DNA of 64,000 bases from Bigelowiella natans CCMP2755 (Eukaryota > Protista > Cercozoa). Below the pieces are notes generated by a model that was not told the DNA's origin, did no database searches, and worked only from the letters and a program-made list of their open reading frames with translations. Positions 26,796 to 40,040 of this stretch are shown here, piece after piece (the stretch's first letter is position 1; each line of letters begins with the position of its first letter). Position numbers and translations under genes: made by a program. Location of the stretch: positions 1 to 64,000 of the forward strand of contig ADNK01001329.1 in the NCBI GenBank assembly GCA_000320545.1, read 5' to 3'.

Positions 26796-27690
26796 AGCGT
26801 TTTGGACAACATAATGATCAAATGAATGACTTCAGGACGTGAAATAATTGCGTTGCTGTAGTTAAGTGCATATTTATTATTAGTTGCAAATTGCAAAAAT
26901 GAAACTTTGCAGATATGATTAAAGTGATGGTGCATTCATGAAAGGAACCATCAAAGAAGTTGAGTGATGAGTGATTCTTAAACCATGAAGGTCATTTGCG
27001 TAGTATGAGCCGTCGCTACATTGTGTATGAGAAAAAAACGAACCATTTTCATTGCATACTAAGGCGTGTTAGTTATACGCACGTGGCCAAATGCATTCTT
27101 CATTGTTGATATACCCACTGCATTGTGCTTATTAGCAGCGCGTCTTAGCTAGCTAGGCCGTACGATACATTGTGTGTGGAGACAGATGTAATGCATTATT
27201 CAAGCCTTTAATTCAATTGTCATCCTTTTAATGTGGCTGTGCATGCAACATGGCAATCTGCAATGCTGTGGCTGCAGCGCTCATGTTGTATCTATATTTG
27301 TTTCCACTTTCGATCTAGCTTTTATGCACATGCATAGCATGTCTTTCACGCATGTATACGTAAAAGTTTTCATGTCGCCTGGCACGTCTAATATATGGGG
27401 CATAGGTGCGCGCACGATGCACTATGCGATGAGAGTATACGAGACGGATGCAATGAATTTAATTAAATCACTTATTCAATGGTCATCCTAATGTGCACAA
27501 TGCACTATAGAATATAGCATGTGATACCACAGCATGCAGGTGTATAATGAATAAGCCATCAACAAGCGCAGCTACTCCTCGTTATAGTGTCCATAATAGT
27601 GATGATATCTAAGAGTGCAATACTGCGAGCAAGCATGTTACGTACATCGCATCGCGAATAGCATAACTTGCTATACGTGCCAATAAAACG

Positions 27691-28835
27691 TTAGTCTACG
27701 TTGCTCGGGACGAGAGCTCTCGGTGTTACATCCATATGAGCTCTAGAGCTACCCAGAATGCAGGTATCGACTTCATTGGGCATGATCGCAAACAGAAAAG
27801 TAATATTTCTTTCTTTTGGAACCAAGTATCCACTGATCCGAGCAAGGAAAAGTCGTGATAAACTCTCGCTCAAGCAAGCTAGTGTCACGATGATACTGCT
27901 TTTCAAAATGACGGACATCACCAACCTAATCACTGAATTAGGTGGAGACTAACAACGTGCAACTCGACTAATGCCATCAATGGCGACCGCTTGTATCACT
28001 ACATGAATAATACTTAGCATGTTAAACACATGCTAGCAAATCTGCGATTCTGGATTGAGCACACAATAAACAACGACGAAAGAGCTGTATATCGACGAGA
28101 TCAATGCTCCGACTGCCAATATCCAGTTTAAACCGTACTAAACAATATCAAAAGCACCAGCAATAGCAGCAGCAGCAGCAACAAACCCAAATGTTGGCAC
28201 CAAATGCTATATTCTCATGCAGATGATGCAAATTACCTCTAGTTTCCCAACTCTTACATGTGCTATGTAACAGAGTGGTGGCAGCACGAATGACACAATA
28301 CCTAACATTTTATGACTGTTTCAAAACACATTGGCATGTGCGAGTGAGACTGAGGGATTTGGGAACCGTTGCTGAAAGCCCCGACAAACGATGTCACAAT
28401 CTCAAATGAAGGAATCATGATCGCGAAGAAAACCTGCAACGCAATAAAATCCCTGAATCAAGCTGCTGTCCAATGAATTAACACTGCTATTTACCGTGAA
28501 CATGACGAGGAAGACCCTGACGAGGAAGCTCCACACCACATGATTCCTTACTGTACCATGCATGTTGATATTCAGGTAACGTAAAGAGCTCAAATGACAG
28601 GTGACCTGCATGTACAAAATCACGTACTCTAGATCACCACCACCACCACCACCACCACCTTTTAGAAGATCCTCAAAGGTAACCGACGCTGGTAGCAAGG
28701 TGATGGGATACTGCACCTGTTTGTTGATCATGAGTAAGGGTAATAAATGATAATAAATAGCCATGCCCAAAAATAGGAAAACAATTGAATCGAATATCAC
28801 GCTCTACCTACCACTATATTGCATGTTTGCAGTTG

Positions 28836-28877
<42 letters not shown>

Positions 28878-28996
28878 GCGTGTATATGTCTATCTCTCAA
28901 ATTTTAGTAGAAACGACTGTTCGTATTGTAATCTCTTCTTTTGTTTAAAGTATTCCTTACAAGAAGGCAAACGCAGATGCAGATCTGACAAATATA

Positions 28997-29036
<40 letters not shown>

Positions 29037-29123
29037 ACTCGATCATGATTAGGCAGACACAATACATTGCAAAATGGAAAATTCCAAACGAATTTGAAAG
29101 AAGAATAGACGGGTTATCTTAAC

Positions 29124-29162
<39 letters not shown>

Positions 29163-30002
29163 TTATAAACCAAAAGGCAAGAAGAAACTACCACCTTTAC
29201 AAATATTACAAAAGAAGAAGCTCCAAGATTCTCGAAAATGATCTCATTAGTATCATCTCCAAAGAACATATAGCAGAGAGCACCTGAAAAATAGACACAA
29301 TGGCTCATGATGGCGCATGATTTACATCATCGTTCCCACTATGATATACACGTTTTTAATTACTCCACAGCATCTATCATTATCATTCATCCTTCTGCCA
29401 ATATTAGCACATATTTGATACTATTCAGAACAAGAAAATGACCCATCACAACGCTACCGCTACACTACTACTACTGCTACTGCTACTGCTATAACTAGTC
29501 CATCTCGGTTGCTACTATCATACTAAGCATCAGCCTTGTTATCATTACCAAAAGAAAGGTACAAGGTTGAGATAAACAGGAAGGCCCAGTTCAATATTGA
29601 CAAGAACTCCTCACGATTGTTCATATCTACAAACGACAACGGAAGTTGCAGCAAACGGATCAGCTGATCAGATGATCAGATGTTGTTGTTGTTGTTGTTG
29701 TCGTTGATGATGATGATGATGATGATGATGATAGGGTAACGAGACAGTACTCTATCGTAACAAATCTGGTAAAAGATAATCTCGACATATTGACTAAAAG
29801 GAAATTGAAACAGATGAAGCGCCAGCAGATACTACATCCTTCCCCCCCCCCCTTGCACCACTCTCTTCCATGATATCTATCAATTTGATTAAGGTTCCTC
29901 CATCAAAAGCCATAGTAAGGCATGCATGTAATACACGAGGACGGTCATGTGAGAGAGGGAGGACATTATATAGCATGATTTAATGAGGATTCAAATGAGT
30001 GT

Positions 30003-30039
<37 letters not shown>

Positions 30040-30528
30040 CGCGCGCGCGCGAGCGCGTAATACCTTGTTCTATGGACACCACCTCACAGTGCGCCGTAAA
30101 AGTATAAACCTGGTTCATATTACAACAATTCAAAAAAAAAGAAAGAAGAGGAAGAAGATGATGCTTTCAGATTAAAAAAATGTATAAATAACTTGCACAG
30201 GAGACTACTACCCCTATAGTAACAAGTGGTGACGGAGTATTCACTCGTTTCGAGTATCTACTCAAAGAGCACACGATGAGCATAGATAGTAAAGAAAATG
30301 ATATCACATACTCACTATCATGATCACCATCATGCATGCATGCATACCCCAATGCCAAAGAAGATTGGTAATCCCAAATAGCGAAATTGAGTATACGTCT
30401 CGAGACTTCTTGGTGGAGACTCACTAAAGCCGTACCTATTTGGGGGACAGCAGCAGCAGCAGCAGCACGTTAGGGATTTGGAACCGACGAGGTCGCTTAA
30501 TTTACCCCTTCCCCGCTGCCTCTGTCTG

Positions 30529-30578
<50 letters not shown>

Positions 30579-31126
30579 TCTCCCTCTCCCTCTCTATGTA
30601 TGTGAGTGTCTATACCAGAAGACGGTTGAAACAGCAAGTACAAGGGCAGCATTACCTAGATAGAGAGACCACAATCATACGACATGCACTCTCAAATAAT
30701 GGATGTAGCTTGTGATGATCAAATGGTGAGGACTCGGTTGCTACCAATCTCAGGGGCTATTGCCACCTACACTGTAATCTACATTGCATTCATACTACAT
30801 GTAGGCGATGATAATAATAAGTCTCATGATTGATTTCCTCACTAACTGATAACCAAGGTGAGATGTCGGCGCAAATAAAGACGCATCCCTGTTGATGTGG
30901 GTTATATTACGATATTCATCGTGTGAGCAATCGTCTGCAACGAGTAAGCGGGTCATTAGAGTACATGGCGTGTGTACAGTACTTGTGCGCGTGTGCATGC
31001 GTGCTGCCGTACTTTATAAGAGCAAGGATGATAAGAATCGGCACCAGTCCCAGTGTTATAATGCTTCCTGATGCTCCTAGTAAATGATATAAAGTTCATC
31101 TATTATCTCTAATGATGAGATCCAAC

Positions 31127-31161
<35 letters not shown>

Positions 31162-32821
31162 TAGTAGCCGCAGCAGGGGCTTACGAAGCCGAATAGCAGC
31201 AGTGATAACGGTAGCTATACTCTTTGTTCTATAAACAGGGGAGGGAATATAACCTGTGACGTCTGCCATGTTTTCTCCAATGAACACCAGAAAAGAGACA
31301 CAAGCTCCAAGCTGAATAAGTAACAAACCATTTGTTGCACGCACGCACGTAGTGGGACATAACGCATTTTGGTGTTAGGGTTCTTTTTCAGTGCTACGAT
31401 CAACAATTTAGTGCCCTGCTGCACTTCATCATGCAGACACATATCAGTGAAAATAATTATATTTGTATTCAATGATATGACGCACGATAAGGATGATAAC
31501 TACTACCTGCGTACTGATGGCAGCAAAAGCCGAAATACCCTCTCCAGCAGCACCAAACTAATAGCAGAGTAACCAATCAGCAAATATGCAGAATTCATTG
31601 ATACTTGTTTTGTGACGATATACTCACAGTGAGGCTGCTAAGCTCCTGATACTCAATTGCGCCGTCGGGGGGCCCCCTGAATGAAGAGAAAGTGGTAGAT
31701 AGACACATTCAAATTCAAAATAGAAAGTAAACTGTCGGCATGCATCAAGTAGAAGCGATCGATCATCAACAAACATTACCACCCCCCTTGTTGAATTCAT
31801 ATGTTCATGCGGATGAGGGGGTCGGTGAAAAGGAGACACGTTGATTTGATTTTTAGGTATGTCTTACTTCCCCTTCTTGCGTAGCTCCCGAATCGTCATG
31901 ATAATGATGCGATGTGAGTCTAGAGGGAGGGCGAAATGGAAATTTCCGATGGTTATATTGTAATGATTTGTGGACAAAGAAGCTCGGTCTACTCACATAA
32001 GCTCACGAATGCAAAGATGACGATCAAAATGGTTCCCAACGCGAGGCCCTATGTAAATAACCGCAAGTGAAGCCAAAAAGAGTTCCACGGTAAGCGAATA
32101 GTTTTTTTATGAAGTAGCGGCCCCCCAGGAGGACACCAACCAATTCAAGTGTAAATATTCGTCGTGTTGTCTTTCCGAATTTTGGTACAACGGCATGATG
32201 TTAGTAGTAACAGTAGCAGCAGCAACGACAGCGAACCAGAGCAAAAATAGCACTGGATTTAGTAGAGTAGTATAATGGGGTGGTAGCAAGTAGTATCAAT
32301 ACCGTCTCTTTGAATGCAACGGGCAGGGCCAGTATCCCAGACCCAACGACGCTCTATAAAGCGGTAGTAGCACAGCTCAACCTCAGTGTTGTTGATGCAG
32401 CAGCAGCAGCAACCACCATAAACACGTGCTGCTAATATGCTATCACTGTCATGCAGGAAATGCCCCATTTCGAAAATATTGGTGCCAGATGGCTGACGCT
32501 ATCAAGATGTCACAGATGCGATGTACCTTGACCACTGTGGAGAAACCTCCCCACCAGGAGGCGCCTTTCCTGGAAAATCTTACCATGGGTTCTTCACCCG
32601 CCGATAGAGCTCCATATTCCATTTCTTGTACGTCTCCCGATGGCATTCTCCTGAAGAAATAATCGCGAGTGGGGGTAGGGGGGGAGTGCTGCTTCTCTTG
32701 TTCCGGTCTGTTTAAAGGTCAGGCCGATGGTTTGTTCCGTTTTATCTCGATTCCTGTGAATATGCTTGTCGCACATAAAAAAACAAATGCGAAAATATGA
32801 CCATCGGAATCCAGCCTCCAT
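27691..32821 (-). CDS. Amino-acid transporter (AAAP/SLC36-like, Aa_trans family), many exons; ends approximate
   Basis: KGASWWGGFSTVVK; LLIQLGACVSFLVFIGENM; CYMFFGDDTNEIIFENLG; QYPITLLPA; FVTSFVGAFS..VLPPLCYI. Confidence 0.8.
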
Positions 32822-32999
32822 TCTTCTCGGAAGCCAGGAGGAGCGTCCCTCTCCCGCTAACTATCAGGATTCTTCTCCCCGGAGGAACTTCCTAGGATAG
32901 AGCAGAGCCAGCAGGAAAACGAGTGCGGAGCTGTTTTGTAATGGCCGACGCTGCGCATGTAATATATTAGAGCTTAAATAGTGAATCGTCAATAACGTT

Positions 33000-33679
33000 A
33001 TGGTTGACCAGTGCTGGGGGGTGTGGTTCGCATTTTGAGAAGTAAAAAGTTTATTCTTCCACTGGAAAAGACTCGAGAATGAAATCTGAGCATCGTGGCC
33101 TTCCATGTAGGCTGACAATAAAGAAAGCGCGAGTGCCTCCATCGCAAGGCTCAGCGAGGACAAGAAGGGTGAGTTCGTTTTTCACTTGAAACAACCTGAC
33201 CCAAGATAGGAGACGCCTGATTACATTCACAAAATATAATACCCACGTTTTCCTTCATTGATGTTTTATATATCCTTTTGTGAATAAAGTCACGGTAAAG
33301 CTAAGAGCGGTTGGAGGTGACACTCCAATATTAAAAAGGAAGAAGTTCAAAGTGAAGGGATCGCACCAGTTTTCTCACATCGTTGTCTTTCTCCGAAAAT
33401 CACTGAAAATTAAGCAAACGGATTCTCTGGTACATAAAAGATAAAGAAATTTGGCTTTGGGTGCACTTTATTTACACTGCAACTAAATTTAGTTCCTCTA
33501 CTGTGGGCAAGCATTCTCGCCTTCTCCTGAAGAAATCATTGGCGATTTGTTCAACGTATGTAAGAAGTTTCATTTCCATATATAGAAAGCTAATGCATAT
33601 TATGTTTATCTATACTCAGTGTTTTCAACTTAATAATGAGCTGGAAGTAAGTTATTGCACAACAAATTGCTGGGGTTGA
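33000..33679 (+). CDS. ATG12: Autophagy ubiquitin-like protein Atg12 (alternative ATG at 32941)
   Basis: Spliced KKV/TVKLRAVGGDTPILKRKKFKV...IVVFLRKSL..DSL/FLYCGQAFSPSPEEIIGDLFN/CFQLNNELEVSYCTTNCWG*, with the C-terminal Gly retained. Confidence 0.92.
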
Positions 33680-34669
33680 CATCGATTCCTCTACTATTAA
33701 ATAAGAAGTATTGACCTCCCTCGCTTCGCAACAAATAATATGATATGAAAAAATGGTTCCAATCGATTATCAGTTAAAGTGCTTTAGACTTTTACTCGAA
33801 TCACCATTTTATTACAATAATAATGTACATAAATTATTGAGTTATTACTGTCAACTGCATCGAATACATTACTAATGAACAGAAGGTTTATATATAGCAT
33901 AATAATTTGCTTCTGGATAAGCGTGCGGAATGTGTGCACAGTAGTTAGCTGCGAATTGCATTATTTATTCTACTAGACAGCTATGTATCGCTATGCCATA
34001 GCATGCATTGCACGATGTATCGATGTCCTCCATGCTAGCATGCTAGCATGCTCATGCACACGACTCTAGCTATACATACGTACTATGTACACATAGGCAA
34101 TAATGCTACAACAAGCATTGCCTCTAATAAGTGCTTATGGCGGTCGCTCTGAACAGCGTGGCTTTAGCCGCAGCATGTACTTCCATGGATTTGACTATTA
34201 CATTGCATGCTCTACTATATAGCTACGCTAGTGCTTGCTTAACTTTGGAACGCAGCCAACTCTCATTTCAGCCAGCATGCGCAAGCAGGCAATCTAGCCA
34301 TGTAACAGTGTAGCTGTTCGTATAATTCGTATATGTGCGTCTGGAGACGTAGTCGTCTATCTCTAAATCTATGTGTGCATCTACAGGCATCATCCAGCAT
34401 CACCAAGTTGCTCGGTTATTATTCTGCGATTACACAACTACGACGTGCTCTGACATAACGATCACAACGAACTTGTTCTAGTGTCACATAGTCAGGCAGT
34501 CAGGCTTTGCCGTGCCTCTACGTGAGCAAAGCTGCGTGCAAGCGACTTCGTACACGACATCAAGGTGCATGCTCTGGTCACTCTATCGGAAAAGCGGTAG
34601 AATATGAAGTAAATCAACCATAGGATGCCGCACGCATTCACAAGGTGTTTCTTGCATTGCTTTTCATTT

Positions 34670-35579
34670 GCTCAAGCAGGATTTATACTAGCAGACATTG
34701 AAAGAACTCGAGGAATAGCAGCCAAGCGTAGTCGCTCATGCCACTCGAGCTATGCAAAGCTCGGTTCTTGGGGGTGGCCTTCGCTAAAAAATATATTGAT
34801 GCCACACCAAACCACAATCGAGCAGGAGTACTTGGTACAGATTCTTACAGAAACTCTTGAGATCCTGCGGAGTGTGATTGCGATTGCGAAGTAGAACCAC
34901 ATAGAGATGATGCGTTGTTCTTTTCTAATGTTGGTAGAATTCAATTTCTCAAAGGAGAGCCGCGGAATCACGTCTGTATCAGTGCTTGGATGAGGTCCAA
35001 AACCTCTACAGCGTCCCTCTGGATACTAAAAACAGACATGAATCAAACTCAGGGTGATATTACGAATACTTCGTGGAATTGCACGGAGGCATCAATAATC
35101 TTACGGCTGCTTGCTGTATCCGGCGAGCGATGGCGAGAAATGGCTATGTCAACTATTTATTAATTAATTTGAACTTTCCCAACCTGGCATTCTTCGTAGA
35201 AAGAGCTTTTATATTTGGTTTTGCAGCAGCGAACCATCTTTACAAAAAAGTAAATGAATGAATCGCAACTTTGTGACCGGTATCAAAATTTCTTACTTCA
35301 AGCACTCCTTGCATCGCGTCCGCCGTTCCTCAAATTGGGGATTCACCAAACTCTGCATTTACACATCGGTTCAGATTATAGAAAATGCGCTTGGTGGTAG
35401 CTAATATGAAAAGGAATAGTAACTACCGATTTTCCTGTTGTCAATAATGTTGATTTAATCACTGGACTAAAACTCTTCAGAATGAAACGTAGATAGCTGA
35501 AGTCCCAAACAAAACAATAAGAATTAGGAAGGTACGATGCACGTGCATACATTTCAAGCATTTAAACATGCTCTCTCTC

Positions 35580-35627
<48 letters not shown>

Positions 35628-37558
35628 CAACCTGAGGGAGGTTTTGAGGTATCCTTCAAAAGGCATGGTAAGAAGGGACGTTAGAATAGGAAGCAATTCT
35701 CTGCTCATTTCTAGATTCAAGGCCGATTGCATCTGAAGAGATAATTCACAAATTACAGAATTTTTGGTGGACTCGATTGCTTTTATCTACCTGCTTTTCT
35801 GCATTCTTGAGAAAATCAGCCTGTACGCTTCTGTTATTCATGTCAATCTGATGTATATTTCGGACATCGCAATAAGTGCCGGTTTAAAGTAGATGCGTGT
35901 ATGCTCGTACCAATTTGTCAAGGGCGCCCTTCACGTCTCCCTTCACCCAATAACTTCGAACAAGTCGCAATTGATGAGTCCTACACACCAAAAACGCATT
36001 ATAACTGTTTTATTCAGCATAGCAAGAAAACACACTAGTAGTCAATTGTACGGCCAACCTTTCAATGAGTATGCCTTTGAACTTCACATGGTCTTTACTC
36101 AGGTCAGTTAACACCTTCATCACAACAATTTTTGCGGAGTATATTTTGGTGACTGTTACACAATATGCAGCACAAACGTCGTTCTACCTTATTTGTATCG
36201 AGCGTTTGCCGACAAGATAAGAAAGCACTCATATCCAGCCCTAAATAAAATAACTCTGAATGTTTGCTTCTTCTCTCGGGCTCTAGTTCTTTGGTACCGA
36301 TGGGCTTTTCAGATTTGTGCGGGATGACAACGGATTTCTTTTCTTTTACTTCCTGTGAGACTGCGGGGGTACTCTTTCGCCCGCATTAAAACAAATCGTT
36401 ATTATTAGAATTGCTACTCAACGAACCACAAGGCTCATGGTATATTACCTTTGTTGCGCTAACTGAGGTGCCTTTTATTGACATTTTCCTGCAAATTTAG
36501 CAGATTACCCCTCATCGAAACTAGATTATAGAGCGGTAACAAAGGGAGTAGGGGGAGGCGGGGAAATGATACTGCAACATATTTGTACCCTAAATCTTGC
36601 TCAATATGTCCGCTCGAAGATGAGCCTCCGTGTACTTTTGGTGATACATATCTTCCTCCCACTCTATGTGCAGCCCGAAACGGTTCCATCTAATGATATT
36701 TAAAGTACCACGCTGTAAGCAAACCTTTTGCAGTAGAACGTTTTCTTTTTTTTTTTACTTTGTACAATCTGACATCGGTAGTTTGAACCAAGTTCTCCTT
36801 GAACCCGACAGTGTATAGTACATCTGAAACAAATAGAAAATCCTCGTAAATATGAAAAAGATTAGAATATGAAAAAGATAAGGAACGTATTTGGTACCCG
36901 AGCTTGTAACGGTCATATCAGCGACATTCTGCCATTCAATTTCAACATGATCGTGCATTTTCATAGGATTCCATCCCCACGTCTTCAATCCCGAGGACGA
37001 GGCGGACAACAGTGTCTTCCCATCCTACGTGATAAAGTATACTCAGGAATGAAAGCAAAGTCAACGTTGAGCAAATATTTTACCTTGTGGAAAGCTATTG
37101 AGTGGATACGGGTTGGATTGACGGTTGTGCGTTCAAGAATGTCGAAGTTCTCCAGATCGAAAAAACTAATCAATTAACATTATCAGTGATATACCAAATA
37201 TCCAACTTCTCTGTAACTGGTCACCGAATGGTTTTTTTCTCCGTTGCACATGCCATAGTCTGCTCTGATGGGCAAAGAGCCATGGAAGTGACCCCTGATC
37301 CCATCTTCCATTGCGATAACACACTGCCCTTGGCGAGATCCCAGACCTTGACGTATCCCCCGGCGTCTCCTGAAATAATCCACTTTCCATCTGGACTATG
37401 TTTCAGAGCTGTCACGGGATCTTCATGCCCCTACACGATATGGACAACACACACTCTTATTTAAGCATATATGAGTTCAGAGACGTAAACCAACACACAA
37501 CCTTCAAAGTCATATAAGAGTTTCGCTTGCGTACGTCCCACACCTGCGATATGTGTCA

Positions 37559-37611
<53 letters not shown>

Positions 37612-38437
37612 TTTTTACAATCCAAAACAGGTTCGACATAAGAATTCCCACCTTAATATTCGTATCTACAGATGCGCTCGAAATTTTCGTCTCTGTGGGA
37701 TGAAAATCTATACAGGATATACTGGCTCTGTGCTCTGCAAATGTCGCCATAATTTTCTCTTTGGCAAGATCCCAAAGTCGGAGGGTTCCACTTCGAGAGC
37801 CAGACGCAATCGTTCTCTTCTTAGTATCAAAACCAGAGCCAAATTTCACAGAATCAATTGGCTTAGACCCTCCGACCAGCGCTTTGATCGGCTTTTGGTC
37901 ATTGTGGATTATCTTCCAAATATGGATCCGGCCATCGGATGCTAAAATGTAATTTGACAGGGTTCATCAATACAAACCAATAACGTATTTCGGAAATTAA
38001 ACGGACCCCCTGTTGCATAAACGAGATTATCAATGCAAGCGCAGTTGATTTTGGAGTTGTGCGCAAAGAACTCTGCATGTTTGTCGACGCGAGACATTGC
38101 CACTTCACTCTTTGCCCTCCTGTGTAATCAAATAGTATCTTGAGTCACAGAGAAGATCAAGTGAGCATAAATAGAAACTAGTGTTCCTTAGATCAGATAT
38201 ATGTACTTGCTGATGACTGAGAGTTCAGGCGTTCTTTGGACTCAGAAATAGATTACGAAATTCAAATCCGAGTTCTTGGATGGGGAGGCACAAGAAGTTG
38301 TTTTAAGGAGCAGCCACCACCTAAGCCATTGGGCAGGATATGGGGTGTGGAACGGTTAACTGCGAGGTACAAACTAAGTTATCAGCAGTGCTTGCTGGAG
38401 GACAAAATAGCATCCTTTTTTACCCTACGTCTTCCAT
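34670..38437 (-). CDS. KATNB1: Katanin p80 WD40 subunit; ends approximate
   Basis: EFFAHNSKINC; IASGSRSGTLRLWDLAKEKIMATFAEHRASISCIDFHP; GHEDPVTALKHSPDGKWIISG; GLKTWGWNP..HDHVEIEW; then a low-complexity linker and a helical C-terminal region. Confidence 0.85.
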
Positions 38438-38604
38438 GAATCCCATCACATAATTAATTCCGCCGGGAGTTGTCCTTTGATTAAAAAAAATAAATGCGCG
38501 GGAACTTTCTCTGGAAGCTGTAAATCAGCCAACAAACCAAACATGTCTGTGACATCACGGACCAAAACTTGATCAAACAACAACAAGAACAACAGTTCCT
38601 TCTT

Positions 38605-40040
38605 AGCAGACCACACTCAGTTTTCAGCTCGAGGCACCACGTTTCGTGCTTTGCAAGTGTGTCATGCACTTTGGCAATGCAGTTGATCACAAAGTTTCTT
38701 TCTTTCTCTCTTTCAGCAGTGCCAGTGGCACACTTCACTCACTCATTCATTCACTCATTCGTTCATTCATTCAGCTCGTTGGAGTGTCGATCATGCACGA
38801 ACACGATTCTTGAAGGAAGTTTGTTGGGCGCACGTGTGTGACACTCAGCGTGCGCACCTTGCACGCCACAAGTCTTGAGGTCTTTTCCCGTCGCAGACTT
38901 TGTTGATTGTGCGTTGGAACACTCAACGTTGTGGAGGGCAGACAAGTTGGCAGGTGGTCCTTTCAACTGCAACGCAAAACCACTTCGTTCGCTCGTGAAC
39001 TCGTGAACGAACGTGGGGTTCGTTCACGTGAAAGTGGCAATTCCTTTCACTCGTGCAACAGGCGCCAGTCTCAGTGCGATCCTGATTCGATTCGTCCGCC
39101 GGGTCCTCTTTGGAGCCGTTGACCATGGCCTTTGACGCAAAGGTCGTCACTTTTTCGGTTTGGTTCGCTGGTTCGCCCTTTTGAGAGTGCTGAAGTCATC
39201 GCACTCAGCGATGCAGACTAGCAGAAGCCAGAAGCCGTGCAACCTAGCTTCAAACAATTCTTTCTTTCTTTTTTTCTTTCTTCCTTTCTTCCAAGGTGAG
39301 TCTTTGTTCTTCTTCTTCAACTGCGCTGCTAGACTGGCCAGTCCAGCAGTGCACCATTGCGAATTGCTTCGTTCACTCGTTCGTGGGAAACCAGACCAGT
39401 GAAAACAAGCTGGCAGGCCAACAGTGAGGACGTCACAGGTCACATGCACGAACGGCATCACAACGGTGATGGCGTTGCAAGGCCATGAGAGTGCGGCTCA
39501 TTGCACACGACCCCAAGACCGACTGGACAACCCCAGAACCGTTCACATTCAACTTGTCTGCCAGACTGGTCCAGCACAGTGGCTGCCGGAACAACGTTCT
39601 CGCACGGTTGCACAGCGGCGTCACGGCGAACTTCAAAGCGCTTTGGTGCATTTGCAAGCCAACGTGCTGGCGTGCGACGACTCTCAGAACTGGCCGACCA
39701 TGCGACTGTCTGACGACCGCGCTCATCGCTGAACAGTGCTGGAGTGCGCATGGCGGTGTCCGCAAGCTAGCAAGAGTTGAGAGAAGCCGCGTGTGCTTTG
39801 CTTTTCCAAGTTTTTCCTGCCAAAGCTAAGGGGAACAAGTTTGTGTTGCACGACCTGCCCAGCTGCTAGCTAGTCGTGGAGCGAGTGCAGGTGCGCACCA
39901 GTGCGTGCACGACAGTGCCGCATGGTTTTGCTTTGGTGCTGCTGGGCGCATGCATGTGTGCGCTCTGCGAGTGGCGCGGTGCGATGCGCAACAGATGTGA
40001 TGCGGTGATGCATGACGTGATGACAGCTAGCGCAGATGGA
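38605..40040. other. TpA-depleted intergenic island 3, containing coding-like remnants (possible decayed mobile or foreign element)
   Basis: About 8 TpA in ~1.43 kb (7 CTAG, 1 CTAA), and none between ~38606 and 39217. ORFs within the island lack Tyr and are enriched in Cys/His. Confidence 0.9.

Noticed and set aside
38605-40040. CpG-methylation decay or fungal RIP as the cause of the TG/CA excess
   Set aside because: CpG is abundant in the islands and TpA is the missing dinucleotide. RIP would increase TpA.
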